DNA of 64,000 nt from Eledone cirrhosa. Lineage: Eukaryota. This document shows, piece after piece, positions 28,501 through 42,900 of this stretch. The translations under genes and the position numbers were made by a program. Below the pieces are notes generated by a model, which was given only the letters and a program-made list of their open reading frames with translations, was not told the origin of the DNA and ran no database searches. Position 1 is the first letter of the stretch; each line of letters opens with the position of its first letter. Where the stretch lies: NCBI GenBank assembly GCA_964016885.1, contig OZ024742.1, positions 168,702,001 to 168,766,000 on the forward strand. Direction: 5' to 3'.

Positions 28501-31500
28501 ATCCATTTAAAAAAAAAGCCATTAAAAAAAATCCATTAAAAAAAATCCATTAAAAATCCATTAAAAATCCATTTAAAAAATCCATTAAAAAATCCATTAA
28601 AAACCCATTAAAAATCCATTAAAAATCCATTAAAAATCCATTAAAAAATCCATTTAAAAAACCCATTAAAAAAATCCATTAAAAAAATCCATTTAAAAAA
28701 TCCATTAAAAAAAATCCATTTAAAAAAACCCATTAAAAAAAATCCATTAAAAAAATCCATTTAAAAAATCCATTAAAAAAAATCCATAAAAAAATCCATT
28801 AAAAACAATCCATTAAAAAAAAATCCGTTAAAAAAAATCCATTAAAAATCCATTAAAAATCCATTAAAACATCCATTTAAAAAAATCCATTAAAAAAATC
28901 CAAAAAAATCAATTAAAAAAATCCATTAAAAAAAATCCATTAAAAACAAAATCCATTAAAAAAAATCAATTTAATAAAATCCATTAAAAATCCATTAAAA
29001 AAATCCATTAAAAACCCATTAAAAATCCATTAAAAATCCATTAAAAAATCCATTTAAAAAAAGCCATTAAAAACCCATTAAAAATCCATTAAAAATCCAT
29101 TAAAAATCCATTAAAAAATCCATTTAAAAAACCCATTAAAAAAATATATTAAAAAAATCCATTTAAAAAATCCATTAAAAAAAATCCATTAAAAAAAACC
29201 CATTAAAAAAAATCCATTTAAAAAAATCCATTAAAAAATCCATTAAAAACCCATTAAAAATCCATTAAAAATCCATTAAAAATCCATTTAAAAAACCCAT
29301 TAAAAAATCCATTTAAAAAATCCATTAAAAAAAATCCATTTAAAAAAACCCATTAAAAAAAATCCATTAAAAAACCCATTTAAAAAATCCATTAAAAAAA
29401 ATCCATTAAAAAAATCCATTAAAAAAATCCATTTAAAAAAATCCATTAAAAAAAATCCGTTAAAAAAAATCCATTAAAAATCCATTAAAAATCCATTAAA
29501 AATCCATTAAAAATCCATTAAAAAATCCATTTAAAAAAATCCATTAAAAAAATCCATTAAAAAAATCCATTTAAAAAATCCATTAAAAAAAATCCATTAA
29601 AAAAAAATCCATTAAAAAAAATCCATTTAAAAAAATCAATTTAAAAAAATCCATTAAAAATCCATTAAAAAAATCCATTTAAAAAAATCCATTAAAAACC
29701 CATTAAAAATCCATTAAAAATCCATTAAAAATCCATTAAAAATCCATTTAAAAAACCCATTAATAAAATTCCATTAAAAAAATCCATTTAAAAAATCCAT
29801 TAAAAAAATCCATTAAAAAAAACCCATTAAAAAAAAATCCATTAAAAAATCCATTTAAAAAATCCATTAAAAAAAATTCATTAAAAAAAATCCATAAAAA
29901 AATCCATTAAAAAAGTCCATTAAAAATCCATTAAAAAAATCCATTTAAAAAAAATCCATTAAAAACCCATTAAAAATCCATTAAAAATCCATTAAAAAAT
30001 CCATTAAAAAAAATTCAATCAAAAACCCATAAAAGAAACATTAAAACAGCATTTAAAAAACCCATTAAAAATTCATTAAAAAAATCCATTTAAAAAATCC
30101 ATTAAAAATCCATTAAAAATCCATTAAAAATCCATTAAAAATCCATTAAAAATCTATTAAAAATCCATTAAAAATCCATTAAAAATCCATTAAAAATCCA
30201 TTTAAAAAAATCCATTAAAAAAATCCATTAAAAAATCCATTTAAAAAATCCATTAAAAAAAATCCATAAAAAAAAACTCAATCAAAAACCCATAAAAGAA
30301 ACATTAAAACACAGCATTTAAAAATCCATTAAAAAAATCCATTAAAAAAAATCCATTAAAAAATCCATTAAAAATCCATTAAAAATCCATTAAAAATCCA
30401 TTTAAAATCCATTAAAAATCCATTAAAAAATTCATTTAAAAAAATCCATTAAAAAAATCCATTAAAAAAATCAATTTAAAAAAATCCATTAAAAATCCAT
30501 TAAAAAAATCCATTTAAAAAAATCCATTAAAAACCCATTAAAAATCCATTAAAAATCCATTAAAAAATCCATTTAAAAAACCCATTAAAAAAAATCAATT
30601 AAAAAAAACCATTTAAAAAATCCATTAAAAAAATCCATTAAAAAAAACCCATTAAAAAAAATCCATTAAAAAAATCCATTTAAAAAATCCATTAAAAAAA
30701 AATCCATTAAAAAAAATCCATAAAAAAATCCATTAAAAAAATCCATTAAAAAAAAATCCATTAAAAAAAATCCATTAAAAATCCATTAAAAAAATCCATT
30801 TAAAAAAATCCATTAAAAAATCCATTAAAAACCCATTAAAAATCCATTAAAAATCCATTAAAAATCCATTAAAAAATCCATTTAAAAAACCCATTAAAAA
30901 AATCCATTAAAAAAATCCATTTAAAAAATCCATTTAAAAAATCCATTAAAAAAAATCCATTTAAAAAAACCCATTAAAAAAAATCCATTAAAAAAATCCA
31001 TTTAAAAAATCCATTAAAAAAAATCCATAAAAAAAATCCATTAAAAAAAATCCATTAAAAAAAAAATCCGTTAAAAAAAATCCATTAAAAATCCATTAAA
31101 AATCCATTAAAAATCCATTAAAAATCCATTAAAAATCCATTTAAAAAAATCCATTTAAAAAATCCATTAAAAAAATCCATTTAAAAAATCCATTAAAAAA
31201 AATCCATTAAAAAAAAATCCATTAAAAAAAATCCATTAAAAAAAATCAATTAAAAAAAATCCATTAAAAATCCATTAAAAAAATCCATTTAAAAAAATCC
31301 ATTAAAAACCCATTAAAAATCCATTAAAAATCCATTAAAAAATCCATTTAAAAAACCCATAAAAAAAAATCCATTAAAAAAAACCCATTAAAAAATCCAT
31401 TAAAAAAATCCATTTAAAAAATCCATAAAAAAAAATCCATTAAAAAAATCCATAAAAAAATCCATTAAAAAAATCCATTAAAAAAAATCCATTAAAAAAA

Positions 31501-32650
31501 ATCCATTAAAAATCCATTAACAAAATCCATTTAAAAAAATCCATTAAAAAATCCATTAAAAACCCATTAAAAATCCATTAAAAATCCATTAAAAATCCAT
31601 TAAAAAATCCATTTAAAAAACCATTAAAAAAATCCATTAAAAAAATCCATTTAAAAAATCCATTAAAAAAATCCATTTAAAAAACCCATTAAAAAAAACC
31701 CATTAAAAAAATCCATTTAAAAAATCCATTAAAAAAATCCATTAAAAAAATCCATAAAAAAAATCCATTAAAAAAAATCCATTAAAAAAAAATCCGTTAA
31801 AAAAAATCCATTAAAAAAAAATCCGTTAAAAAAAATCCATTAAAAGCTCAATCAAAAACCCATTAAAAACGCCATAAAAATCATTAAAATCCCATTAAAG
31901 ATACATTAAAGGCCCATTAAAAACGCGATAAAAAATCCATTAAAAAAAAATCAATCAAAAACCCATAAAAGAAACATTAAAACAACATTTAAAAAATCCA
32001 TTAAAAATCCATTAAAAAATCCATTTAAAAAAATCCATTAAAAAAAATCCTTTTAAAAAATCCATTTAAAAAATCCATTAAAAAAAATCCATTAAAAATA
32101 TCCATTTAAAAAAAAAGCCATTAAAAAAAATCCATTAAAAAAAATCCATTAAAAATCCATTAAAAATCCATTTAAAAAATCCATTAAAAAATCCATTAAA
32201 AACCCATTAAAAATCCATTAAAAATCCATTAAAAATCCATTAAAAAATCCATTTAAAAAACCCATTAAAAAAATCCATTAAAAAAATCCATTTAAAAAAT
32301 CCATTAAAAAAAATCCATTTAAAAAAACCCATTAAAAAAAATCCATTAAAAAAATCCATTTAAAAAATCCATTAAAAAAAATCCATAAAAAAATCCATTA
32401 AAAACAATCCATTAAAAAAAAATCCGTTAAAAAAAATCCATTAAAAATCCATTAAAAATCCATTAAAACATCCATTTAAAAAAATCCATTAAAAAAATCC
32501 AAAAAAATCAATTAAAAAAATCCATAAAAAAAAATCCATTAAAAACAAAATCCATTAAAAAAAATCAATTTAATAAAATCCATTAAAAATCCATTAAAAA
32601 AATCCATTAAAAACCCATTAAAAATCCATTAAAAATCCATTAAAAAATCC
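19532..32650. repeat. Regular run of ~3.58 kb HOR copies (three full units plus a partial fourth)
   Basis: CTCAATC...CACAGC landmark at 19532, 23106, 26691, 30277 (spacings 3574, 3585, 3586). GCTCAATC cassette at 21077, 24662, 28247, 31846 (spacings 3585, 3585, 3599). The right boundary is approximate. Confidence 0.92.
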
Positions 32651-33479
32651 ATTTAAAAAACCCATTAAAAAAAATCCATTAAAAAAATCCATTTAAAAAA
32701 TCCATAAAAAAAAATCCATTAAAAAAAACCCATTAAAAAAAATCCATTAAAAAAATCCATTTAAAAAATCCATTAAAAAAAATCCATTAAAAAAAAATCC
32801 ATAAAAAAATCCATTAAAAAAATCCATTAAAAAAAATCCATTAAAAAATATCCATTAAAAATCCCTTAAAAATCCATTAAAAATCCATTAAAAATCCATT
32901 AAAAAATCCATTTAAAAAAATCCATTAAAAAAATCCATTAAAAAAATCCATTTAAAAAATCCATTTAAAAAATCCAATAAAAAAAATCCATTAAAAAAAT
33001 CCATTAAAAAAAAAGCCATTAAAAAAAAATCCATTAAAAAAAATCCATTAAAAATCCATTAAAAAATCCATTTAAAAAAATCCATTAAAAAATCCATTAA
33101 AAATCCATTAAAAATCCATTAAAAAATCCATTTAAAAAACCCATTAAAAAAAATCCATTAAAAAAAACTCAATCAAAAACCCATAAAAGAAACATTAAAA
33201 CAACATTTAAAAAATCCATTAAAAAAATCCATTAAAAAAAATCCATTAAAAAATCCATTAAAAATCCATTAAAAATCCATTAAAAATCCATTAAAAATCC
33301 CTTAAAAATCCATTAAAAATCCATTAAAAAATCCATTTAAAAAAATCCATTAAAAAAATCCATTAAAAAAATCCATTTAAAAAATCCATTAAAAAAAAAT
33401 CCATTTAAAAAAAATCCATTAAAAAAAAATCCATTAAAAAAAAATCAATTTAAAAAAATCCATTAAAAATCCATTAAAA

Positions 33480-36400
33480 AAATCCATTTAAAAAATCCAT
33501 TAAAAACCCATTAAAAATCCATTAAAAATCCATTAAAAAATCCATTTAAAAAACCCATTAAAAAATCCATTTAAAAAATCCATTAAAAAAAATCCATTAA
33601 AAAAAATCCATTAAAAAAAATCCATTAAAAAAAACCCATTAAAAAAAATCCATTAAAAAAATTCATTTAAAAAATCCATTAAGAAAAATCCATTAAAAAA
33701 AATCCATAAAAAAATCCATTAAAAAAATCCATTAGAAAAATCCATTAAAAAAAATCCATTAAAAATCCATTAAAAAAAATCCATTTAAAAAAATCCATTA
33801 AAAAATCCATTAAAAACCCATTAAAAATCCATTAAAAATCCATTAAAAAATCCATTTAAAAAACCCATTAAAAAAATCCATTTAAAAAATCCATTAAAAA
33901 AAATCCATTTAAAAAAACCCATAAAAAAAAATCCATTAAAAAATCCATTTAAAAAATCCATTAAAAAAATCCATAAAAAAAAATCCATTAAAAAAATCCA
34001 TTAAAAAAAATCCATTAAAAAAAATCCATTAAAAAAATCCATTAAAAATCCATTAAAAATCCATTAAAAATCCATTAAAAATCCATTAAAAATAATCCAT
34101 TAAAAAAATCCATTAAAAAAATCCATTAAAAAATCCATTTAAAAATCCATTAAAAAAAATCCATTAAAAAAAACTCAATCAAAAACCCATAAAAGAAACA
34201 TTAAAACAGCATTTAAAAAAGCCATTAAAAAAAATCCATTTAAAAAAATCCATTAAAAAAGCCATTAAAAATACATTAAAAATCCATTAAAAATCCATTA
34301 AAAATCCATTAAAAATCCATTAAAAATCCATTAAAAATCCATTAAAAAATCCATTTAAAAAAATCCATTAAAAAAATCCATTAAAAAAATCCATTTAAAA
34401 AATCCATTTAAAAAATCCATTTAAAAAATCCATTAAAAAAAATCCATTAAAAAAAATCCATAAAAAAAATCCATTAAAAAAATCCATTAAAAAAAATCCG
34501 TTAAAAAAAATCCATTAAAAATCCATTAAAAATCCATTAAAAATCCATTAAAAATCCATTAAAAAATCCATTTAAAAAAATCCATTAAAAAAATCCATTA
34601 AAAAAATCCATTTAAAAAATCCATTAAAAAAATCCATGAAAAAAAAATCCATTAAAAAAAAAATCCATTAAAAAAAATCAATTTAAAAAAATCCATTAAA
34701 AATCCATTAAAAAAAATCCATTTAAAAAAATCCATTAAAAACCCATTAAAAATCAATTAAAAATCCATTAAAAATCCATTAAAAAATCCATTTAAAAAAC
34801 CCATTAAAAAAATCCATTAAAAAAATCCATTTAAAAAATCCATTAAAAAAAATCCATTAGAAAAAACCCATTAAAAAAAATCCATTAAAAAAATCCATTT
34901 AAAAAAATCCATTAAAAAAAATCCATTAAAAAAATCCATAAAAAAATCCATTAAAAAAATCCATTAAAAAAAATCCATTAAAAAAATCCATTAAAAATCC
35001 ATTAAAAAAAATCCATTAAAAAAATCCATTTAAAAAAATCCATTAAAAAAAATCCATTAAAAAAATCCATAAAAAAATCCATTAAAAAAATCCATTAAAA
35101 AAAATCCATTAAAAAAATCCATTAAAAATCCATTAAAAAAATCCATTTAAAAAAATCCATTTAAAAATCCATTAAAAACCCATTAAAATCCATTAAAAAT
35201 CCATTAAAAATCCATTTAAAAAATCCATTAAAAAAAATCCATTAAAAACACCCATTAAAAAAATCCATTAAAAAAATCCATTTAAAAAAATCCATTAAAA
35301 AAATCCATTAGAAAAAACCCATTAAAAAAAATCCATTAAAAAAATCCATTTAAAAAAATCCATTAAAAAAAATCCATTAAAAAAATCCATAAAAAAATCC
35401 ATTAAAAAAATCCATTAAAAAAAATCCATTAAAAAAATCCATTAAAAATCCATTAAAAAAATCCATTTAAAAAAATCCATTTAAAAATCCATTAAAAACC
35501 CATTAAAATCCATTAAAAATCCATTAAAAATCCATTTAAAAAATCCATTAAAAAAAATCCATTAAAAACACCCATTAAAAAAAATCCATTAAAAAAATCC
35601 ATTTAAAAAAATCCATTAAAAAAATCCATTAAAAAAATCCATAAAAAAATCCATTAAAAAAATCCATTAAAAAAATCCATTAAAAAAATCCATTAAAAAT
35701 CCATTAAAAAAATCCATTTAAAAAAATCCATTTAAAAATCCATTAAAAACCCATTAAAATCCATTAAAAATCCATTAAAAAATCCATTTAAAAAACCCAT
35801 TAAAAAAATCTATGAAAAAAATCCATTTAAAAAATCCATTAAAAAAAATCCATTTAAAAAAACCCATTAAAAAAATCCATTAAAAAAATCCATTTAAAAA
35901 ATCCATTAAAAAAAATCCATTAAAAAAAATCCATAAAAAAAATCCATTAAAAAAAATCCATTAAAAAAAAATCCGTTAAAAAAAAATCCATTAAAAAAAA
36001 ATCCGTTAAAAAAAATCCATTAAAAGCTCAATCAAAAACCCATTAAAAACGCCATAAAAATCATTAAAATCCCATTAAAGATACATTAAAGGCCCATTAA
36101 AAACGCCATAAAAAATCCATTAAAAAAATCCATTAAAAAAAACTCAATCAAAAACCCATAAAAGAAACATTAAAACAGCATTTAAAAAATCCATTAAAAA
36201 TCCATTAAAAAAATCCATTTAAAAAAATCCATTAAAAAATCCATTAAAAATCCATTAAAAATCCATTAAAAATCCATTAAAAACCCATTAAAAATCCATT
36301 AAAAATCCATTAAAAATCCATTAAAAAATCCATTTAAAAAAATCCATTTAAAAAATCCATTTAAAAAACCCATTACAAAAAATCCATTAAAAAAAATCCA

Positions 36401-36950
36401 TTAAAAAAAAAGCCATTAAAAAAAATCCAATAAAAAAAATCCATTAAAAATCCATTAAAAAATCCATTTAAAAAAAATCCATTAAAAATCCATTAAAAAT
36501 CCATTAAAAAATCCATTTAAAAAACCCATTAAAAAAATCCATTAAAAAAAACTCAATCAAAAACCCATAAAAGAAACATTAAAACAACATTTAAAAAATC
36601 CATTAAAAAAATCCATTTAAAAAAATCCATTAAAAAATCCATTAAAAATCCATTAAAAATCCATTAAAAATCCATTAAAAATCCATTAAAAATCCATTAA
36701 AAATCCATTAAAAAATCCATTTAAAAAAATCCATTAAAAAATCCATTTAAAAAATCCATTAAAAAAATCCATTAAAAAAAAATCCATTAAAAAAAAATCC
36801 ATTAAAAAAAATCAATTTAAAAAAATCCATTAAAAATCCATTAAAAAAATCCATTAAAAAAAATCCATTAAAAACCCATTAAAAACAAATTAAAAACCCA
36901 TTAAAAATCCATTAAAAATCCATTAAAAATCCATTTAAAAAACCCATTTA
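33480..36950. repeat. Divergent domain of satellite A that does not follow the 3.58 kb HOR
   Basis: Variants not noticed in the regular HOR copies: AAGAAAAATC (33681), ATTAGAAAAA (33731), AATAATCC (34091), CCATGAA (~34634), AAAAACACCC (35244, 35564), CTATGAA (35810). The normal landmark order is lost. Boundaries are approximate. Confidence 0.8.
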
Positions 36951-39900
36951 AAAAAATCCATTAAAAAAAATCCATTTAAAAAATCCATTAAAAAAAATCC
37001 ATTAAAAAAACCCATTAAAAAAATCCATTAAAAAAATCCATTTAAAAAATCCATTAAAAAAAATTCATTAAAAAAAAATCCATAAAAAAATCCATTAAAA
37101 AAATCCATTAAAAAAAATCCATTAAAAAAAATCCATTAAAAATCCATTAAAAAAATCCATTAAAAAAAATCCATTAAAAAATCCATTAAAAAACCCATTA
37201 AAAATCCATTAAAAATCCATTAAAAATCCATTAAAAATCCATTTAAAAAACCCATTAAAAAAATCCATTTAAAAAATCCATTAAAAAAATACATTAAAAA
37301 AACCCATTAAAAAAAATCCATTAAAAAAATCCATTAAAAAAATCCATTAAAAAAAAATCCGTTAAAAAAAATCCATTAAAAATCCATTAAAAAATCCATT
37401 AAAAAAATCCATTTAAAAAAATCCATTAAAAAAATCCATTTAAAAAATCCATTAAAAAAAATCCATTAAAAAAAAACCCATTAAAAAAAAATCCATTAAA
37501 AAAATCCATTTAAAAAATCCATTAAAAAAATCCATTAAAAAAAATCCATAAAAAAATCCATTAAAAAAAGTCCATTAAAAAAACCCATTAAAAAAAATCC
37601 ATTAAAAAATCAATTAAAAACCCATTAAAAATCCATTAAAAATCCATTAAAAATCCATTAAAAATCCATTTAAAAAAATCCATTTAAAAAATCCATTTAA
37701 AAAATCCATTAAAAAAAATCCATTAAAAAAAAATCCATTAAAAAAAATCCATTAAAAAAAATCAATTTAAAAAAATCCATTAAAAATCCATTAAAAAAAT
37801 CGATTTAAAAAAATCCATTAAAAACCCATTAAAAATCCATTAAAAATCCATTAAAAAATCCATTTAAAAAACCCATTAAAAAAAATCCATTAAAAAAAAC
37901 CCATTAAAAAATCCATTAAAAAAATCCATTTAAAAAATCCATAAAAAAAAATCCATTAAAAAAATCCATAAAAAAATCCATTAAAAAAATCCATTAAAAA
38001 AAAATCCATTAAAAAAAATCCATTAAAAATCCATTAACAAAATCCATTTAAAAAAATCCATTAAAAAATCCATTAAAAACCCATTAAAAATCCATTAAAA
38101 ATCCATTAAAAATCCATTAAAAAATCCATTTAAAAAACCATTAAAAAAATCCATTAAAAAAATCCATTTAAAAAATCCATTAAAAAAATCCATTTAAAAA
38201 ACCCATTAAAAAAAACCCATTAAAAAAATCCATTTAAAAAATCCATTAAAAAAAATCCATTAAAAAAATCCATAAAAAAAATCCATTAAAAAAAATCCAT
38301 TAAAAAAAAATCCGTTAAAAAAATCCATTAAAAAAAAATCCGTTAAAAAAAATCCATTAAAAGCTCAATCAAAAACCCATTAAAAACGCCATAAAAATCA
38401 TTAAAATCCCATTAAAGATACATTAAAGGCCCATTAAAAACGCGATAAAAAATCCATTAAAAAAATCCATTAAAAAAAAATCAATCAAAAACCCATAAAA
38501 GAAACATTAAAACAACATTTAAAAAATCCATTAAAAATCCATTAAAAAATCCATTTAAAAAAATCCATTAAAAAAAATCCTTTTAAAAAATCCATTTAAA
38601 AAATCCATTAAAAAAAATCCATTAAAAATATCCATTTAAAAAAAAAGCCATTAAAAAAAATCCATTAAAAAAAATCCATTAAAAATCCATTAAAAATCCA
38701 TTTAAAAAATCCATTAAAAAATCCATTAAAAACCCATTAAAAATCCATTAAAAATCCATTAAAAATCCATTAAAAAATCCATTTAAAAAACCCATTAAAA
38801 AAATCCATTAAAAAAATCCATTTAAAAAATCCATTAAAAAAAATCCATTTAAAAAAACCCATTAAAAAAAATCCATTAAAAAAATCCATTTAAAAAATCC
38901 ATTAAAAAAAATCCATAAAAAAATCCATTAAAAACAATCCATTAAAAAAAAATCCGTTAAAAAAAATCCATTAAAAATCCATTAAAAATCCATTAAAACA
39001 TCCATTTAAAAAAATCCATTAAAAAAATCCAAAAAAATCAATTAAAAAAATCCATTAAAAAAAATCCATTAAAAACAAAATCCATTAAAAAAAATCAATT
39101 TAATAAAATCCATTAAAAATCCATTAAAAAAAATCCATTAAAAACCCATTAAAAATCCATTAAAAATCCATTAAAAATCCCTTAAAAATCCATTAAAAAT
39201 CCATTAAAAATCCATTAAAAAATCCATTTAAAAAAATCCATTAAAAAAATCAATTAAAAAAATACATTTAAAAAATCCATTTAAAAAATCCATTAAAAAA
39301 AAATCCATTAAAAAAAAATCCATTAAAAAAAAAATCCATTAAAAAAAATCCATTTAAAAAATCCATTAAAAATCCATTAAAAAAATCCATTTAAAAAAAG
39401 CCATTAAAAACCCATTAAAAATCCATTAAAAATCCATTAAAAATCCATTAAAAAATCCATTTAAAAAACCCATTAAAAAAATATATTAAAAAAACCCATT
39501 AAAAAAATCCATTAAAAAAATCCATTTAAAAAATCCATTAAAAAAAATTCATTAAAAAAAAATCCATAAAAAAATCCATTAAAAAAATCCATTAAAAAAA
39601 ATCCATTAAAAAAAATCCATTAAAAATCCATTAAAAAAATCCATTTAAAAAAATCCATTAAAAAATCCATTAAGAAACCCATTAAAAATCCATTAAAAAT
39701 CCATTAAAAATCCATTAAAAATCCATTTAAAAAACCCATTAAAAAAATCCATTTAAAAAATCCATTAAAAAAATCCATTAAAAAACCCATTAAAAAAAAT
39801 CCATTAAAAAAATCCATTAAAAAAATCCATTAAAAAAAAATCCGTTAAAAAAAATCCATTAAAAATCCATTAAAAAATCCATTAAAAAAATCCATTTAAA

Positions 39901-42900
39901 AAAATCCATTAAAAAAAATCCATTTAAAAAATCCATTAAAAAAAATCCATTAAAAAAAAACCCATTAAAAAAAAATCCATTAAAAAAATCCATTTAAAAA
40001 ATCCATTAAAAAAATCCATTAAAAAAAATCCATAAAAAAATCCATTAAAAAAAGTCCATTAAAAAAACCCATTAAAAAAAATCCATTAAAAAATCAATTA
40101 AAAACCCATTAAAAATCCATTAAAAATCCATTAAAAATCCATTAAAAATCCATTTAAAAAAATCCATTTAAAAAATCCATTAAAAAAATCCATTTAAAAA
40201 ATCCATTAAAAAAAATCCATTAAAAAAAAATCCATTAAAAAAAATCCATTAAAAAAAATCAATTTAAAAAAATCCATTAAAAATCCATTAAAAAAATCCA
40301 TTTAAAAAAATCCATTAAAAACCCATTAAAAATCCATTAAAAATCCATTAAAAAATCCATTTAAAAAACCCATTAAAAAAAATCCATTAAAAAAAACCCA
40401 TTAAAAAATCCATTAAAAAAATCCATTTAAAAAATCCATAAAAAAAAATCCATTAAAAAAATCCATAAAAAAATCCATTAAAAAAATCCATTAAAAAAAA
40501 ATCCATTAAAAAAAATCCATTAAAAATCCATTAACAAAATCCATTTAAAAAAATCCATTAAAAAATCCATTAAAAACCCATTAAAAATCCATTAAAAATC
40601 CATTAAAAATCCATTAAAAAATCCATTTAAAAAACCATTAAAAAAATCCATTAAAAAAATCCATTTAAAAAATCCATTAAAAAAATCCATTTAAAAAACC
40701 CATTAAAAAAAACCCATTAAAAAAATCCATTTAAAAAATCCATTAAAAAAAATCCATTAAAAAAATCCATAAAAAAAATCCATTAAAAAAAATCCATTAA
40801 AAAAAAATCCGTTAAAAAAATCCATTAAAAAAAAATCCGTTAAAAAAAATCCATTAAAAGCTCAATCAAAAACCCATTAAAAACGCCATAAAAATCATTA
40901 AAATCCCATTAAAGATACATTAAAGGCCCATTAAAAACGCGATAAAAAATCCATTAAAAAAATCCATTAAAAAAAAATCAATCAAAAACCCATAAAAGAA
41001 ACATTAAAACAACATTTAAAAAATCCATTAAAAATCCATTAAAAAATCCATTTAAAAAAATCCATTAAAAAAAATCCTTTTAAAAAATCCATTTAAAAAA
41101 TCCATTAAAAAAAATCCATTAAAAATATCCATTTAAAAAAAAAGCCATTAAAAAAAATCCATTAAAAAAAATCCATTAAAAATCCATTAAAAATCCATTT
41201 AAAAAATCCATTAAAAAATCCATTAAAAACCCATTAAAAATCCATTAAAAATCCATTAAAAATCCATTAAAAAATCCATTTAAAAAACCCATTAAAAAAA
41301 TCCATTAAAAAAATCCATTTAAAAAATCCATTAAAAAAAATCCATTTAAAAAAACCCATTAAAAAAAATCCATTAAAAAAATCCATTTAAAAAATCCATT
41401 AAAAAAAATCCATAAAAAAATCCATTAAAAACAATCCATTAAAAAAAAATCCGTTAAAAAAAATCCATTAAAAATCCATTAAAAATCCATTAAAACATCC
41501 ATTTAAAAAAATCCATTAAAAAAATCCAAAAAAATCAATTAAAAAAATCCATTAAAAAAAATCCATTAAAAACAAAATCCATTAAAAAAAATCAATTTAA
41601 TAAAATCCATTAAAAATCCATTAAAAAAATCCATTAAAAACCCATTAAAAATCCATTAAAAATCCATTAAAAATCCCTTAAAAATCCATTAAAAATCCAT
41701 TAAAAATCCATTAAAAAATCCATTTAAAAAAATCCATTAAAAAAATCAATTAAAAAAATACATTTAAAAAATCCATTTAAAAAATCCATTAAAAAAAAAT
41801 CCATTAAAAAAAAATCCATTAAAAAAAAAATCCATTAAAAAAAATCCATTTAAAAAATCCATTAAAAATCCATTAAAAAAATCCATTTAAAAAAAGCCAT
41901 TAAAAACCCATTAAAAATCCATTAAAAATCCATTAAAAATCCATTAAAAAATCCATTTAAAAAACCCATTAAAAAAATATATTAAAAAAATCCATTTAAA
42001 AAATCCATTAAAAAAAATCCATTAAAAAAAACCCATTAAAAAAAATCCATTTAAAAAAATCCATTAAAAAATCCATTAAAAACCCATTAAAAATCCATTA
42101 AAAATCCATTAAAAATCCATTTAAAAAACCCATTAAAAAATCCATTTAAAAAATCCATTAAAAAAAATCCATTTAAAAAAACCCATTAAAAAAAATCCAT
42201 TAAAAAACCCATTTAAAAAATCCATTAAAAAAAATCCATTAAAAAAATCCATTAAAAAAATCCATTTAAAAAAATCCATTAAAAAAAATCCGTTAAAAAA
42301 AATCCATTAAAAATCCATTAAAAATCCATTAAAAATCCATTAAAAATCCATTAAAAAATCCATTTAAAAAAATCCATTAAAAAAATCCATTAAAAAAATC
42401 CATTTAAAAAATCCATTAAAAAAAATCCATTAAAAAAAAATCCATTAAAAAAAATCCATTTAAAAAAATCAATTTAAAAAAATCCATTAAAAATCCATTA
42501 AAAAAATCCATTTAAAAAAATCCATTAAAAACCCATTAAAAATCCATTAAAAATCCATTAAAAATCCATTAAAAATCCATTTAAAAAACCCATTAATAAA
42601 ATTCCATTAAAAAAATCCATTTAAAAAATCCATTAAAAAAATCCATTAAAAAAAACCCATTAAAAAAAATCCATTAAAAAATCCATTTAAAAAATCCATT
42701 AAAAAAAATTCATTAAAAAAAATCCATAAAAAAATCCATTAAAAAAGTCCATTAAAAATCCATTAAAAAAATCCATTTAAAAAAAATCCATTAAAAACCC
42801 ATTAAAAATCCATTAAAAATCCATTAAAAAATCCATTAAAAAAAATTCAATCAAAAACCCATAAAAGAAACATTAAAACAGCATTTAAAAAACCCATTAA

